64,000 bases of DNA from Candidatus Saccharimonadales bacterium. Lineage in GTDB: Bacteria; Patescibacteriota; Saccharimonadia; Saccharimonadales; EFPC-124. Positions 17,472-26,616 of this stretch are shown in pieces. The DNA lies in NCBI GenBank assembly GCA_035280845.1, contig DATEFB010000002.1, positions 125,183-189,182 on the forward strand. The letters are read 5' to 3'. Position numbers and translations under genes: made by a program. Each line of letters starts with the position of its first letter. Within the stretch, counting starts at the first letter, position 1. Below the pieces are notes generated by a model. The model did no database searches and was not told the DNA's origin. It saw only the letters and a program-made list of their open reading frames with translations.

Positions 17472-17544
17472 CGAATGATGGGACTTGAACCCACGGCCTC
17501 CGGAGCCACAATCCAGCGCTCTAACCAACTGAGCTACATCCGCC
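17467..17544 (-). tRNA. tRNA-His (anticodon GTG) with encoded G-1 and CCA
   Basis: G-1 plus acceptor GCGGATG/CATTCGC, discriminator C, anticodon loop TTGTGGC, T-loop TTCAAGT. Confidence 0.9.
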
Positions 17545-17604
17545 ATATTACGAGGACGGAGGTAATTGTAACAGATTTCTGACAAGAATAACAGATCGTT
17601 CTTG

Positions 17605-19164
17605 CTACAGCTGGTCGTGTTTGTCGGTGACAAAGCTGACCCACTGCCGCAAAATGCGCAAACTGGTTTTTAGCGGCAGCTCAATGGCGATATCGAGGAT
17701 GAATGTAATCACATTCACCTGGCGGTAACGGTCACTGAGCCAATGCCCCAGTTGTACGAACGGCATATGGAAGAAGTTGGCGATGGCTGTAAGCAGGCTT
17801 TGCGGCCGGTCGATAATATCCATCTCGCGGGCTGCCTGGATGAGCCGCCAGCGGAAGAAGCTGACGCCCGACAGGAACATAAAGAATATGAGCCCGTGCA
17901 CCAGCCCGAAGCCCAGTGCAATGAGCCCCCACACAAGCAGTGCAAATGGGATCAGGAATGTTATGCCGTAGGCAACATTGAACCAGGTTTTTAGGTTACC
18001 GCTGATCGGGCGTTTTTGCATGCCATATTTTAGCGGCTTGTCAGTTTCGTACAGAATGCGTTCGGCGTACGACAGTATTGTGTCGGTGTTGCCAGGTCCT
18101 GGCCTGCGTATGCCAAACAACGCAGTAGCCATGTACAGCGGTGGGAACGCCAGGTTAAGCACCAGTGGCACGACCGCAATGCTTCCGTACACAAATAGGT
18201 CGTACGGAATTTCGATTGCGATGCCAATAAGCATTTTGGTCAGTGCCACAAAGACAACCATGCGCCACAGGTTGGTGAGGGTTGTGGAGTGAATGGCGTC
18301 GTATTGTTCAACTACTACGTTCTCGAGCTTGGCCAATAGGCGAGGCTTATCGTTTAGCAGGTCGGTCGAGGCATTGTGCCGCACAACCAACTCACGCAAG
18401 CTTCGCATCGGGGCGCCGTATTTGTTAATGACACGCACCAGTTTGTTGGTGAGCGGGCTCTCGAACCACATATCAATTGTTTCGCAGGCGGCAATAAAAC
18501 CTTGAGGGCGCACCGTTTGGTCGGATTGGGTCATGAGCCAGTAATACCGTGTGGTCGCAGCGTCTGATTTTATGAGCGAGCGGTGCAAAGCGCAGTACAG
18601 CGCCGCATTAAAGGCGTACGGGTCGGCCTGGCTGTAGGCGGCGCTGTCGATAGTCTCGAGGTAGTGGTGGTAGGCCGTATCGATAACGGCGTCAATGCGG
18701 GTCTGTGGCATTATAAGGCGCTCAATTGCCACCGAAAGTGTTTGGTACACCCAGCGAGAGGCTTTAGCCCTTGGCACGTTGTGCTGGCCGGTGAGGGCAG
18801 TGTAAAAACGCGCGTATTGGGCAACCAGGCTATTTATACCGCGCAGGGCGGTCTGCGGAATACTGTCGTTTTTTAGGTAACGGGCCTGAGTAAGCTCGAC
18901 AATCAAGTCGTCGGCGATTTTTGGTGCTGTTTTGTCTGGAAGATACACCGCCCGGTGCAAATAACGCTCGATAGCTGCACGCAATAACAGATGTTGTTGC
19001 GTATAGTTAGCGGCGTTCCGGAGTTGTTCGTAGGCAAAGTACACGCCACCGGCCACACCAGAGACATGGAAAGTGTCTCCGCGGGGCTGTTCGGCTAATT
19101 GTTCGGCATGCTCAATATGGTCGAGAAGCCGCTTACCGGTTGGTGATAGGGGATTGGATTCCAT
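17605..19164 (-). CDS. hypothetical protein with soluble N-terminal half and multi-TM C-terminal half
   Basis: The internal ATG at 19164 is preferred, because the ORF-track start abuts the tRNA. It vaguely recalls the membrane 'site-specific recombinase' family PF10136, but I cannot confirm that. Confidence 0.65.
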   Translation of the reverse strand: MESNPLSPTGKRLLDHIEHAEQLAEQPRGDTFHVSGVAGGVYFAYEQLRNAANYTQQHLLLRAAIERYLHRAVYLPDKTAPKIADDLIVELTQARYLKNDSIPQTALRGINSLVAQYARFYTALTGQHNVPRAKASRWVYQTLSVAIERLIMPQTRIDAVIDTAYHHYLETIDSAAYSQADPYAFNAALYCALHRSLIKSDAATTRYYWLMTQSDQTVRPQGFIAACETIDMWFESPLTNKLVRVINKYGAPMRSLRELVVRHNASTDLLNDKPRLLAKLENVVVEQYDAIHSTTLTNLWRMVVFVALTKMLIGIAIEIPYDLFVYGSIAVVPLVLNLAFPPLYMATALFGIRRPGPGNTDTILSYAERILYETDKPLKYGMQKRPISGNLKTWFNVAYGITFLIPFALLVWGLIALGFGLVHGLIFFMFLSGVSFFRWRLIQAAREMDIIDRPQSLLTAIANFFHMPFVQLGHWLSDRYRQVNVITFILDIAIELPLKTSLRILRQWVSFVTDKHDQL

Positions 19165-19201
19165 TTGGGCAGATATAAAAAGTCTTACGTTATACCACAC
19201 A

Positions 19202-19277
19202 TGGTGCCCCGGGTTGGATTCGAACCAACGGCCAGAAGCTTAGAAGTCTCCTGCTCTATCCACTGAGCTACCGGGGC
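19202..19277 (-). tRNA. tRNA-Arg (anticodon TCT), CCA encoded
   Basis: Acceptor GCCCCGG/CCGGGGC, anticodon loop CTTCTAA, T-loop TTCGAAT. Confidence 0.9.
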
Positions 19278-19320
19278 ATATGCATGTGTAATTGTATCAG
19301 ATATCACTAGGGGAGGGGCA

Positions 19321-19349
19321 GGGGTGCGGCCGAACAGCGGCCGCACCCC
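19321..19349 (-). terminator. GC-rich stem-loop after cassette D
   Basis: GGGGTGCGGCC / GGCCGCACCCC, a perfect 11-bp stem 11 nt beyond the stop, with no T-tract. Confidence 0.45.
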
Positions 19350-19359
19350 TCCTTCGAAC

Positions 19360-20091
19360 TCAGCCTTCCAGCGGGAGCTGTGCCAGCAGGAGGCCGCCAG
19401 CCAGAACGGCGTAGCGGTCGCACAGCAGCTTCACAGGGTAAGGTTCGCCCGCGAGCTGGTGTGCGAAGTGGTCGGACAGCACCTTGCCGAAGGTCGCGGA
19501 TTCACTGCTCAGCACGATCACGGCGCTGGGGGTGGTCCCCAGTTCCTTGAGCAGGTGAGGCAGCAGCTCCGTGCACGCATGCCCGGCGCGACCCAGGTTC
19601 ACCGAACCCGGAGAGGGCGTAGTAGCCGGAGTAGCGTTGCCCTTGGCGTCGACGAGTGCCAGTTCGAACGCCGTAGCCGACGCTCCTTCGGTGATCTGGA
19701 TCAGCGCGAAGGGTTCGGTCGGGACGAACTCGTGCTTGGTCAAGTCGTACGAACTGGTGCCCATGGAGCGGATCAGGGCGGCGATCGCCTGGGATGACTG
19801 AACCAGCACCACCTCGGCGTCGGCCTGAGCGCCCAGCAGGTGAGGGTCGATCAGAGCGGTGGAGCCTCGGCGCGGGGCCGCCAGGAATGACGGGTCGTTG
19901 TCGCTGTCGATCAACGAGCACCGGCCACCCAGGGGCAGGAAGCGCTTCAGGGCCGCCACGATGTGGTCGTGCGGGTTGTCTGCGGGGTCGATGTGGACGA
20001 CCTCGAGGTGTCCTTCCACCCGGTCGCGGTCGGAGGCGACCACCAGGCGGTCGGGTTGTACCAGGACGCTGCAGTGCATGCCTTGCTGCAC
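19360..20091 (-). CDS. hypothetical cytoplasmic protein (GC-rich cassette D)
   Basis: 243 aa. GTG start 6 nt after AAGGAG, GC-rich third positions. No family recognised. Confidence 0.65.
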   Translation of the reverse strand: MQQGMHCSVLVQPDRLVVASDRDRVEGHLEVVHIDPADNPHDHIVAALKRFLPLGGRCSLIDSDNDPSFLAAPRRGSTALIDPHLLGAQADAEVVLVQSSQAIAALIRSMGTSSYDLTKHEFVPTEPFALIQITEGASATAFELALVDAKGNATPATTPSPGSVNLGRAGHACTELLPHLLKELGTTPSAVIVLSSESATFGKVLSDHFAHQLAGEPYPVKLLCDRYAVLAGGLLLAQLPLEG

Positions 20092-20142
20092 GGTGTGCTC
20101 CTTGCGGTTCGAAGTTGCATTGCCAAGAGGTTTTGCATGGCT

Positions 20143-20171
20143 ATTATAAAATATTTAAGATATGTTTTCAA
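20143..20171 (-). promoter_or_regulatory. candidate promoter of cassette D
   Basis: Minus strand: TTGAAA, 17 nt, TATAAT. Confidence 0.5.
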
Positions 20172-20198
20172 TAACACGCACTCATGTATGATTAAAGT

Positions 20199-20798
20199 AT
20201 GAAGCAATCCAGCCATAAAGCGTTTGAACTGGTGTCCATTGTGCTCACCGGGGCTGCACTTGTTACGGGGCTGTATTTGCTGCTTTTGGCGGCCGCACCG
20301 TGGCTGCCAAGCACTCCTATTTTGGGCACGCAGACAATCGACGTTACGGCGAAGTTGTCTGGTACGACGCCTGGCGAGCGCGGCAATCGGCTGTACATTC
20401 CGCAGATTGGCATTGATGTAGCGATCGAAGAAGGCACAGACATAAGCGTGCTCGACAAGGGCGCGTGGCATCGCCAGCCACACAACGGCAACCCCGAAGA
20501 AGGTGGCAACTTTGTTGTAAGCGCCCATCGGTTCAGTATGGGGTGGACGCCCCAGCAGACTCGTGTCAAATCGCCCTTTTACCAGATAGACAAGCTTCGC
20601 GCAGGCGATGAGTTTTTTGTGGATTGGAATAACGCGAGGTACGCCTACCGGGTAGTCCGAACGTACGACGTGCCTAAAACGGCCATCCAAATTGAGGGCC
20701 CAAGTAAAGACGCAAAGCTGACGCTGTATTCGTGTGACCTGCGCGGCGAGTCTGCCGGACGGGTGGTAGTAGAGGCAGTACCTCTTGGCAAAGTTTAG
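20199..20798 (+). CDS. sortase-family transpeptidase
   Basis: N-terminal TM anchor, His motif VVSAHRF, Cys motif TLYSCD, downstream Arg. Confidence 0.8.
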   Translation: MKQSSHKAFELVSIVLTGAALVTGLYLLLLAAAPWLPSTPILGTQTIDVTAKLSGTTPGERGNRLYIPQIGIDVAIEEGTDISVLDKGAWHRQPHNGNPEEGGNFVVSAHRFSMGWTPQQTRVKSPFYQIDKLRAGDEFFVDWNNARYAYRVVRTYDVPKTAIQIEGPSKDAKLTLYSCDLRGESAGRVVVEAVPLGKV

Positions 20799-22324
20799 AT
20801 TTCGCGGATGACCTGGATATTGGCGCCAATGCCGTTCAGGCGTTCGGCAAGGTCTTCGTAGCCGCGGTTAATAGAGTACACATTGCGCAGGACCGATACG
20901 CCATCTGCTGCCAGCATACCGATTAAAATCAGCACGGCAGGGCGCAGTGCGGGCGGACAAATCACTTCGGCGGCGCGCCAGTGGGTTGGGCCCTGTACGT
21001 ATACGCGGTGCACATCAGCGAGTGTGATGTTGGCGTTCAGTTTAGTCAGCTCGGTGTAGTAAATGGCGCGGTTTTCGTAGGTCCAGTCATGAATGAGGGT
21101 GCGGCCAGTGGCGCTGGCGGCAATCGGTACAAAGTATGGCAGGTTGTCCATGTTCATACCTGGGTCGTCGTGGGCCTCGAGCTTGTTTTCGGGTGCAATG
21201 AGTTCGGAAGCATCGACGCACTCAATGTCTACAAGCTGTGTGTGACCGTTTTTTGCCAGGTATTGGTCGCTGGTTTTGAACTTGAAGTTCATTTTTTCGA
21301 GTTTTAGCAGTTCGAGGTCAAGGTAATCAATTGGTACACGGCGGATGGTGATTGGTGAATTGGTAGTCGCGGCAATGCTCAGGAAAGTCATTGCTTCGAT
21401 AGGATCTTCGCTTGGCCAGTATTCGATGTCTTTGTTAATGCTTGCGGCACCGGTAATAGTTAGGGTGTGGGTGCCAATACCTTCGATCTTAACGCCAAGC
21501 TTCTTCAGGAAGTGACAGAGGTCAACGACCATGTAGTTACCTGCGGCGCGGCGGATGGTAACGGTGCCTTTAATTAAGGCGGCCGCCATAATAGCGTTTT
21601 CGGTTGGCGTGTTGCCACTCTCCCACATTACTACTTTGCCGGGGTTGGTGAGTTCGCGTGTGCAGTTGTACCAGCCAGTGGTCGTGTTGACCCTTAAGCC
21701 AAAGCGCTCCAGCGCGTACAGGTGGGGGTGGATGGTGCGTTCACCCAGCTTACAGCCTCCCGCAAAAGGGATTTTAAACTCAGGCATCAGGTGCATGAGC
21801 GGCCCCATAAACATTAGGACGCTGCGGGTTTTACGGCCGGCCTCGGCGTCGATGTTGTCCATATTCAGCTTGGCTGGTGGCTTAATTTCGAGGTCACCCA
21901 TGTCATTGAGCCAGCGGACTTTAACGCCGATACTAATCATAACTTCGATCAGGCGGTGCACCTCTTCAATTTTTGGCATGCGTCGTAGGGTAGTGGTGCC
22001 GCGGTTAAGGAGCGAGGCGCACAAAAGGCCGACAGCGGCGTTTTTACTGGTGCGTACCACTATCTCACCCTTGAGTTTACGGCCGCCTTCGACGCGGAAG
22101 TTTAAGGTGCCGGGGCGGTGAAGGGATACGATCTCACTGTTAAGGGCGTCGCTAATGCGCGCCAGCATTTCCATGCTTAGGTTCTGACCCCCGTTTTCTA
22201 TGCGGTTGATCGCGCTTTGGCTTGTGCCAAGGGCGCGCGCAAATTCGGCCTGAGTAAGGCCACGGGTTGCTCTAGTTTGTTGAATTAACTTACCAATTTT
22301 TTGCTTGTAGTCAAGTTCAGTCAT
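20795..22324 (-). CDS. murA: UDP-N-acetylglucosamine 1-carboxyvinyltransferase with N-terminal XRE-type HTH domain
   Basis: The first ~65 aa form an HTH_3 domain (GLTQAEFARALGTSQSAINRIENG). The rest is MurA, including the catalytic-loop Cys (AGGCKLGERTIHPH). Confidence 0.9.
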   Translation of the reverse strand: MTELDYKQKIGKLIQQTRATRGLTQAEFARALGTSQSAINRIENGGQNLSMEMLARISDALNSEIVSLHRPGTLNFRVEGGRKLKGEIVVRTSKNAAVGLLCASLLNRGTTTLRRMPKIEEVHRLIEVMISIGVKVRWLNDMGDLEIKPPAKLNMDNIDAEAGRKTRSVLMFMGPLMHLMPEFKIPFAGGCKLGERTIHPHLYALERFGLRVNTTTGWYNCTRELTNPGKVVMWESGNTPTENAIMAAALIKGTVTIRRAAGNYMVVDLCHFLKKLGVKIEGIGTHTLTITGAASINKDIEYWPSEDPIEAMTFLSIAATTNSPITIRRVPIDYLDLELLKLEKMNFKFKTSDQYLAKNGHTQLVDIECVDASELIAPENKLEAHDDPGMNMDNLPYFVPIAASATGRTLIHDWTYENRAIYYTELTKLNANITLADVHRVYVQGPTHWRAAEVICPPALRPAVLILIGMLAADGVSVLRNVYSINRGYEDLAERLNGIGANIQVIREI

Positions 22325-22374
22325 GCACCTATTATATCACGGTTGATATAAATGCAAACATTACCGTGTTTATT

Positions 22375-25161
22375 TTATGGCTTCTTGGTGCGGTCGTTTT
22401 TAATCAGCAAGTAGACTCCGACGCCAATGACGCCTGCGCCAAGTAATGCCAGTACAAAGAATTGGAACTCACGCAGTTGGTACAATACCGATCCAACGGC
22501 GACTGCCAGTCCCCAGTTGCGTACGAGCGAATACCGCAGCCATAATCCCAGCAGCATAATGCCCGTACTCTCCAGGAGTAGCAGCAACCCGTACCCGGCG
22601 TCGCCGCTGAGCGCCTGCAGGGCCAGCGGCGACGTTTGGGTAAAGAGCGCAAGGACAGTAAATGATTGCTTGTCCTGGTCGCGGCCATTGCGGTGACTTA
22701 GCCAGGCCAATAAGGCAAAATATCCAGCCCACATATGGGTATACAGTTGGACTTCGTGGATTTCGTTTTGCTGCATAAGCCACTGCAGGCCAATAAGCGT
22801 AACGGCACCGCCCAGATACTGTGCGCCAGAATTCCGCTGGCGGTACGCCTCGTAGGTGGTGAGTGCCCCGGCGGCCATGAGCGCCAGGCCATTCGCCAGA
22901 TAGCCCGAACCGTTTGACGGCAATATAAAGGCGAGCATGGCTGTAGCATATAGACCGGCTAGGCCACTGTACGTCCAGGTTTGGGCAAATTGCTGCAGCT
23001 GGCCGCCAAGAATGGTGTGTATCTTGCCAGTGCCGTACAATGCTGCCGAAATAGTCAGCAGTACCAGCGTTGCGTTTATGAGTGTGAACGCTTGGTGGTG
23101 CGCCAGGCCCACCATTGCGCCAACGGCAGCAATACTGGCCCCCGCTGCAATGGCGTGTGGTTGTGATTCGAGGTAGGCGATACTCAGGGCATATGCCGAC
23201 CACAGATACCAGTAAACTTGCCACTCCCTGAATCCAATGTGGTAAAGGGCGATCTCTACAGCCACCAACATAACAGCTGCACCAACGTATGTACCGGGTT
23301 TGTCATACCGCTTGTGAGCTTCGTAGGCGGTTGTGGCACCAGCTAACGCCAGAACGCAAATACCTGCCCATTGTGTGCCGCCCAGTAGCAGGCTGTATAC
23401 CGAACCAATGTAGAGTACGACCACGCCGCTCAGCGCCCACGGTTCGTAATACTGTTTTAGTTGCGGTAGACGTTGCTGTAGAATGCCGGCCACGTAATAA
23501 AAGGCGCCAAGCCCGCCAACGAACAGCGCAAAATTACTGCCTTGCAACATGTGGTGCCACGATAGGAACTGGATTGCACCAACAACTCCGGCTATTGCTG
23601 CCGCATATGCAATGGCGGGGCGGCGTTCGTAGTACGTGCTCGCAATGGCGCTCACCGCAACAGCCAAAGATGTCATGGCGGGAAGGTCTCCGTGGCTGCC
23701 CGCGCCAATAGCCCAGGCCAGTAACCAGGCGGCCCAGTAGCTGGTGAGCAGCATGCCGGTGTAGTCGGCGAAGGAACGCCGGGCAAGGTGGCCCGCTCCC
23801 ATAAGCGCAAACCCAAGCAGTATGTACGCCGCAACAATAGAGGCACGCGGAGCAGCTGGCTGTAATGCCAGGAATCCAACAAGGCCAGGCAGAATAAGCG
23901 ACGAGGCAAGCAACAGGAAGGCGTGCATTTTATTATGCAGGTACAGCGCCACAAAACCGTAGGCGGCACAGTGCATACCCACCAGCCATGCCAACGCCTG
24001 CCAATCCAATGTTGCTGCGCACACCACGGCTGCACCAACAAGCCCAAAGGCACTTGCCGCAAGTCCGCCTTGAAGCCACTTAGGGTTGATTGCATTTTTG
24101 AAGCTGGCCAGCCCGGCAATCTGTGCAATAAGAACGAATGTCACCGTGTACGCCGTGACAACCCAATCGTGGTATAGGCCATGCGCCAGGTATGCGGCTC
24201 CAAGTGGCAGTAAAATGTATCCAAGAATAAAGAAGGCTGACCTTTCCTGGGGGCGGGGTTCGGTCCAGGTGGCGACGGCGTAAAAACAGGCACCCAGCAG
24301 CAAGGTTATGCCTTGGTCGGTCAGGCTGACGGCCGAGCCGCCAAAGAGTACGGTAATGAGCAACGTTGCGGGCACCATAACCGATGCACTGGTGGTGAGT
24401 GGCTCTTCTACCTCGCGCCACAAGTGCAGGTATTTTGTGGCCGCAACAGAAATCGCGCTAATAATGACCATTGCCCAGGCAAAGAAATATACTGGTGCCT
24501 CAATGACCGCAACGACCGACATCCATAACGATAGGCCCATGAAGACCGACAGGTATCCCATAAGGCTTTGGCGTATCTTCCAAAGAGCCACAATGTAGAG
24601 TGCCAGGCAGGCGACTGACGTAAGGCACCAAATGAGCGGCCCGTACTGCTGGTCAGTTAAATAGGCATATGCTGCCACACCGGTGAGCGGCAGGCTAATC
24701 AGCCCAATGGCAGTAAAGGCAATCGCGGCGGGCCGCAACCGGGTGCTTTTTGTAAAGATGTACAGGCCAGCACTATAGAACGTGAGGGCGAGCAGTAACA
24801 CCGCAACTGTTTTGACTGCGCCGCTGAATTCAGACAATCCAACAAACAGCCCGACGCTCGCAACCATAAGGAACGCGCCAAAATACAGCAGTGTGCTGAC
24901 GCTGTCGATTGGCTTAAATTCTCGGTGCGCCACAATGGGCGTTTCGATGGGGGTGAGCGACGGGCGGGGCTCGGCGACGGGTTTTTGTGCTGTATCCGCT
25001 GTCTTTGGCTGGAGTACGGGCTCAGGTTTGGTAGCGGCTTCGCTCTGGATATCCTCGACGAGGATAGCGGTTTCGGCTTTGCGCTGTTCGCGGAGTACAC
25101 TGTTGCGGCCCATTGTGTAGCCTATGAGCCAAACTATTATGATCCCGAAAAGCAGTTCCAT
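22375..25161 (-). CDS. very large polytopic membrane protein (928 aa)
   Basis: One N-terminal TM helix, a Pro/Glu-rich linker, then an almost continuous run of hydrophobic helices. No family recognised. Confidence 0.75.
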   Translation of the reverse strand: MELLFGIIIVWLIGYTMGRNSVLREQRKAETAILVEDIQSEAATKPEPVLQPKTADTAQKPVAEPRPSLTPIETPIVAHREFKPIDSVSTLLYFGAFLMVASVGLFVGLSEFSGAVKTVAVLLLALTFYSAGLYIFTKSTRLRPAAIAFTAIGLISLPLTGVAAYAYLTDQQYGPLIWCLTSVACLALYIVALWKIRQSLMGYLSVFMGLSLWMSVVAVIEAPVYFFAWAMVIISAISVAATKYLHLWREVEEPLTTSASVMVPATLLITVLFGGSAVSLTDQGITLLLGACFYAVATWTEPRPQERSAFFILGYILLPLGAAYLAHGLYHDWVVTAYTVTFVLIAQIAGLASFKNAINPKWLQGGLAASAFGLVGAAVVCAATLDWQALAWLVGMHCAAYGFVALYLHNKMHAFLLLASSLILPGLVGFLALQPAAPRASIVAAYILLGFALMGAGHLARRSFADYTGMLLTSYWAAWLLAWAIGAGSHGDLPAMTSLAVAVSAIASTYYERRPAIAYAAAIAGVVGAIQFLSWHHMLQGSNFALFVGGLGAFYYVAGILQQRLPQLKQYYEPWALSGVVVLYIGSVYSLLLGGTQWAGICVLALAGATTAYEAHKRYDKPGTYVGAAVMLVAVEIALYHIGFREWQVYWYLWSAYALSIAYLESQPHAIAAGASIAAVGAMVGLAHHQAFTLINATLVLLTISAALYGTGKIHTILGGQLQQFAQTWTYSGLAGLYATAMLAFILPSNGSGYLANGLALMAAGALTTYEAYRQRNSGAQYLGGAVTLIGLQWLMQQNEIHEVQLYTHMWAGYFALLAWLSHRNGRDQDKQSFTVLALFTQTSPLALQALSGDAGYGLLLLLESTGIMLLGLWLRYSLVRNWGLAVAVGSVLYQLREFQFFVLALLGAGVIGVGVYLLIKNDRTKKP

Positions 25162-25280
25162 GAAGTACCCCCGATTGTTATCAGTATCATAGCAACACTT
25201 TGCCCCGGAATGCTAGAATAAAGCCATGATCTAGCATCGTCGTTACACCATCTGAATAAACCTAAAGCGGAGGAATACTC

Positions 25281-26540
25281 ATGCAAGACGATGTAATCTT
25301 TAATCTGATACAAAAAGAAATAGACCGGCAGACCGAGGGCCTCGAGATGATTCCATCGGAGAACCATACCTCGGGCAATGTGCTGCGCGCACTTGGCTCG
25401 CGCCTGACCGATAAATACTCCGAAGGCTATCCTGGCAAGCGCTATTACGGTGGCTGCGAAATCGTAGACCAGGTAGAAAACATTGCCCGCGACCGCGCCA
25501 AAGAATTGTTCGGAGTGTCGCATGCCAACGTGCAGGCATATAGTGGCAGTCCGGCCAACATGGCAGTTTATTTTGCTTTGGCAGATCCCGGCGATACGGT
25601 TATGGGGATGGCGCTGTATTTTGGCGGCCACATGACGCACGGTTTAAAGGTGAACTTTTCGGGTAAATGGTTTAATTCGGTGCAGTATAACACTGGCCAG
25701 GATGGCTTTTTGGACTACGAAGCCATGGCTGCGTTGGTGCGCGAAAGCAAACCGAAGCTCATTTTTGTGGGGGCCACGGCGTACCCTCGAATCTTTGACT
25801 GGCAGAAGCTTCGCCAGATTGCTGACCAAGTTGATGCATTCCTGGTGGCTGACATTTCGCACATTGCAGGGTTGGTTGTGGCCGGTGCGCACCCTTCGCC
25901 CGCTGGCATTGCCGATGTTATAACGACCACCACGCACAAAACCCTCCGGGGGCCGCGTGGCGCTTTGATTCTATGCAATGGCAATCCATCCAACCCGCTC
26001 AAGGCTGTGCCACGCACGCGCGAGAATCTGCCAACGTTAATCGACCGCGCAATTATTCCTGGCTTGCAGGGCGGCCCTCACAACCATCAGACAGCGGCGA
26101 TTGCCGTAGCGTTGCACGAAGCTGCCCAGCCTGCATTCAAAGACTACGGCCACCAGATTGTTAAGAACGCCAAACGGCTGGCCGAGCGCCTGACTGGCAA
26201 AGGCTACCAGCTTGTGACTGGCGGCACCGACAACCACCTGCTTCTTATTGACCTGACGAATAAAGGCGTCAAGGGTGCCGACGCCGAAGCTGCGCTGGGG
26301 CTTGCCGGAATTACCGCGAACAAGAACACTGTACCTTTTGACCCACGGCCACCATTTGATCCAAGTGGCATACGGCTTGGTACGCCAGCGCTCACTACAC
26401 GCGGCTTAAAGGAGTCCGAGATGGACCTGGTAGCTGACTGGATTGACGCAGGTATAGGCGCGCATGGGAACGATGCAAAACTTGCTGCAATCAAAAAGGA
26501 AATCGCTGAATTTTCTAAGCAATTTCCGCTTCCTCTTTAA
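25281..26540 (+). CDS. glyA: serine hydroxymethyltransferase
   Basis: IPSENHTS, YPGKRYYGGC and TTTTHKTLRGPRG (PLP lysine) motifs. Confidence 0.95.
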   Translation: MQDDVIFNLIQKEIDRQTEGLEMIPSENHTSGNVLRALGSRLTDKYSEGYPGKRYYGGCEIVDQVENIARDRAKELFGVSHANVQAYSGSPANMAVYFALADPGDTVMGMALYFGGHMTHGLKVNFSGKWFNSVQYNTGQDGFLDYEAMAALVRESKPKLIFVGATAYPRIFDWQKLRQIADQVDAFLVADISHIAGLVVAGAHPSPAGIADVITTTTHKTLRGPRGALILCNGNPSNPLKAVPRTRENLPTLIDRAIIPGLQGGPHNHQTAAIAVALHEAAQPAFKDYGHQIVKNAKRLAERLTGKGYQLVTGGTDNHLLLIDLTNKGVKGADAEAALGLAGITANKNTVPFDPRPPFDPSGIRLGTPALTTRGLKESEMDLVADWIDAGIGAHGNDAKLAAIKKEIAEFSKQFPLPL

Positions 26541-26556
26541 TTTTCGCCAGATATGA

Positions 26557-26586
26557 CAGGGCCCGCGGCTATGTGCCGCGGGCCTG
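26557..26586. terminator. GC-rich stem-loop between convergent glyA and cassette E
   Basis: CAGGGCCCGCGGC / GCCGCGGGCCTG, a 12-bp stem with one extra G in the left arm. Confidence 0.5.
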
Positions 26587-26616
26587 CCCTGCGCTATGTT
26601 ATGCACTGTCCTTTGC

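Noticed and set aside
19324-20174. + strand ORFs 19324-19797 and 19794-20174, and the 139-aa minus-frame ORF inside cassette D
   Set aside because: These are shadow ORFs of a GC-rich gene with Arg/Gly/Pro-rich junk translations. Only the 19360-20091 frame has a start codon with RBS, GC3 bias and a promoter.
19947-20690. 247-aa minus-strand ORF spanning the sortase gene and the cassette D 5' end
   Set aside because: It is antisense to a sortase gene with clear catalytic motifs. It crosses a promoter region and a composition boundary, and its translation has no recognisable features.
22404-25120. Numerous 60-250-aa ORFs in both strands inside the 928-aa membrane gene
   Set aside because: The long frame is continuous, hydrophobic and helix-periodic. 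The alternatives are short, overlapping and compositionally driven.
25137-25640. 167-aa minus-strand ORF overlapping the glyA 5' region and the end of the large membrane gene
   Set aside because: It overlaps two confidently called genes and the intergenic promoter region. No motifs are present.
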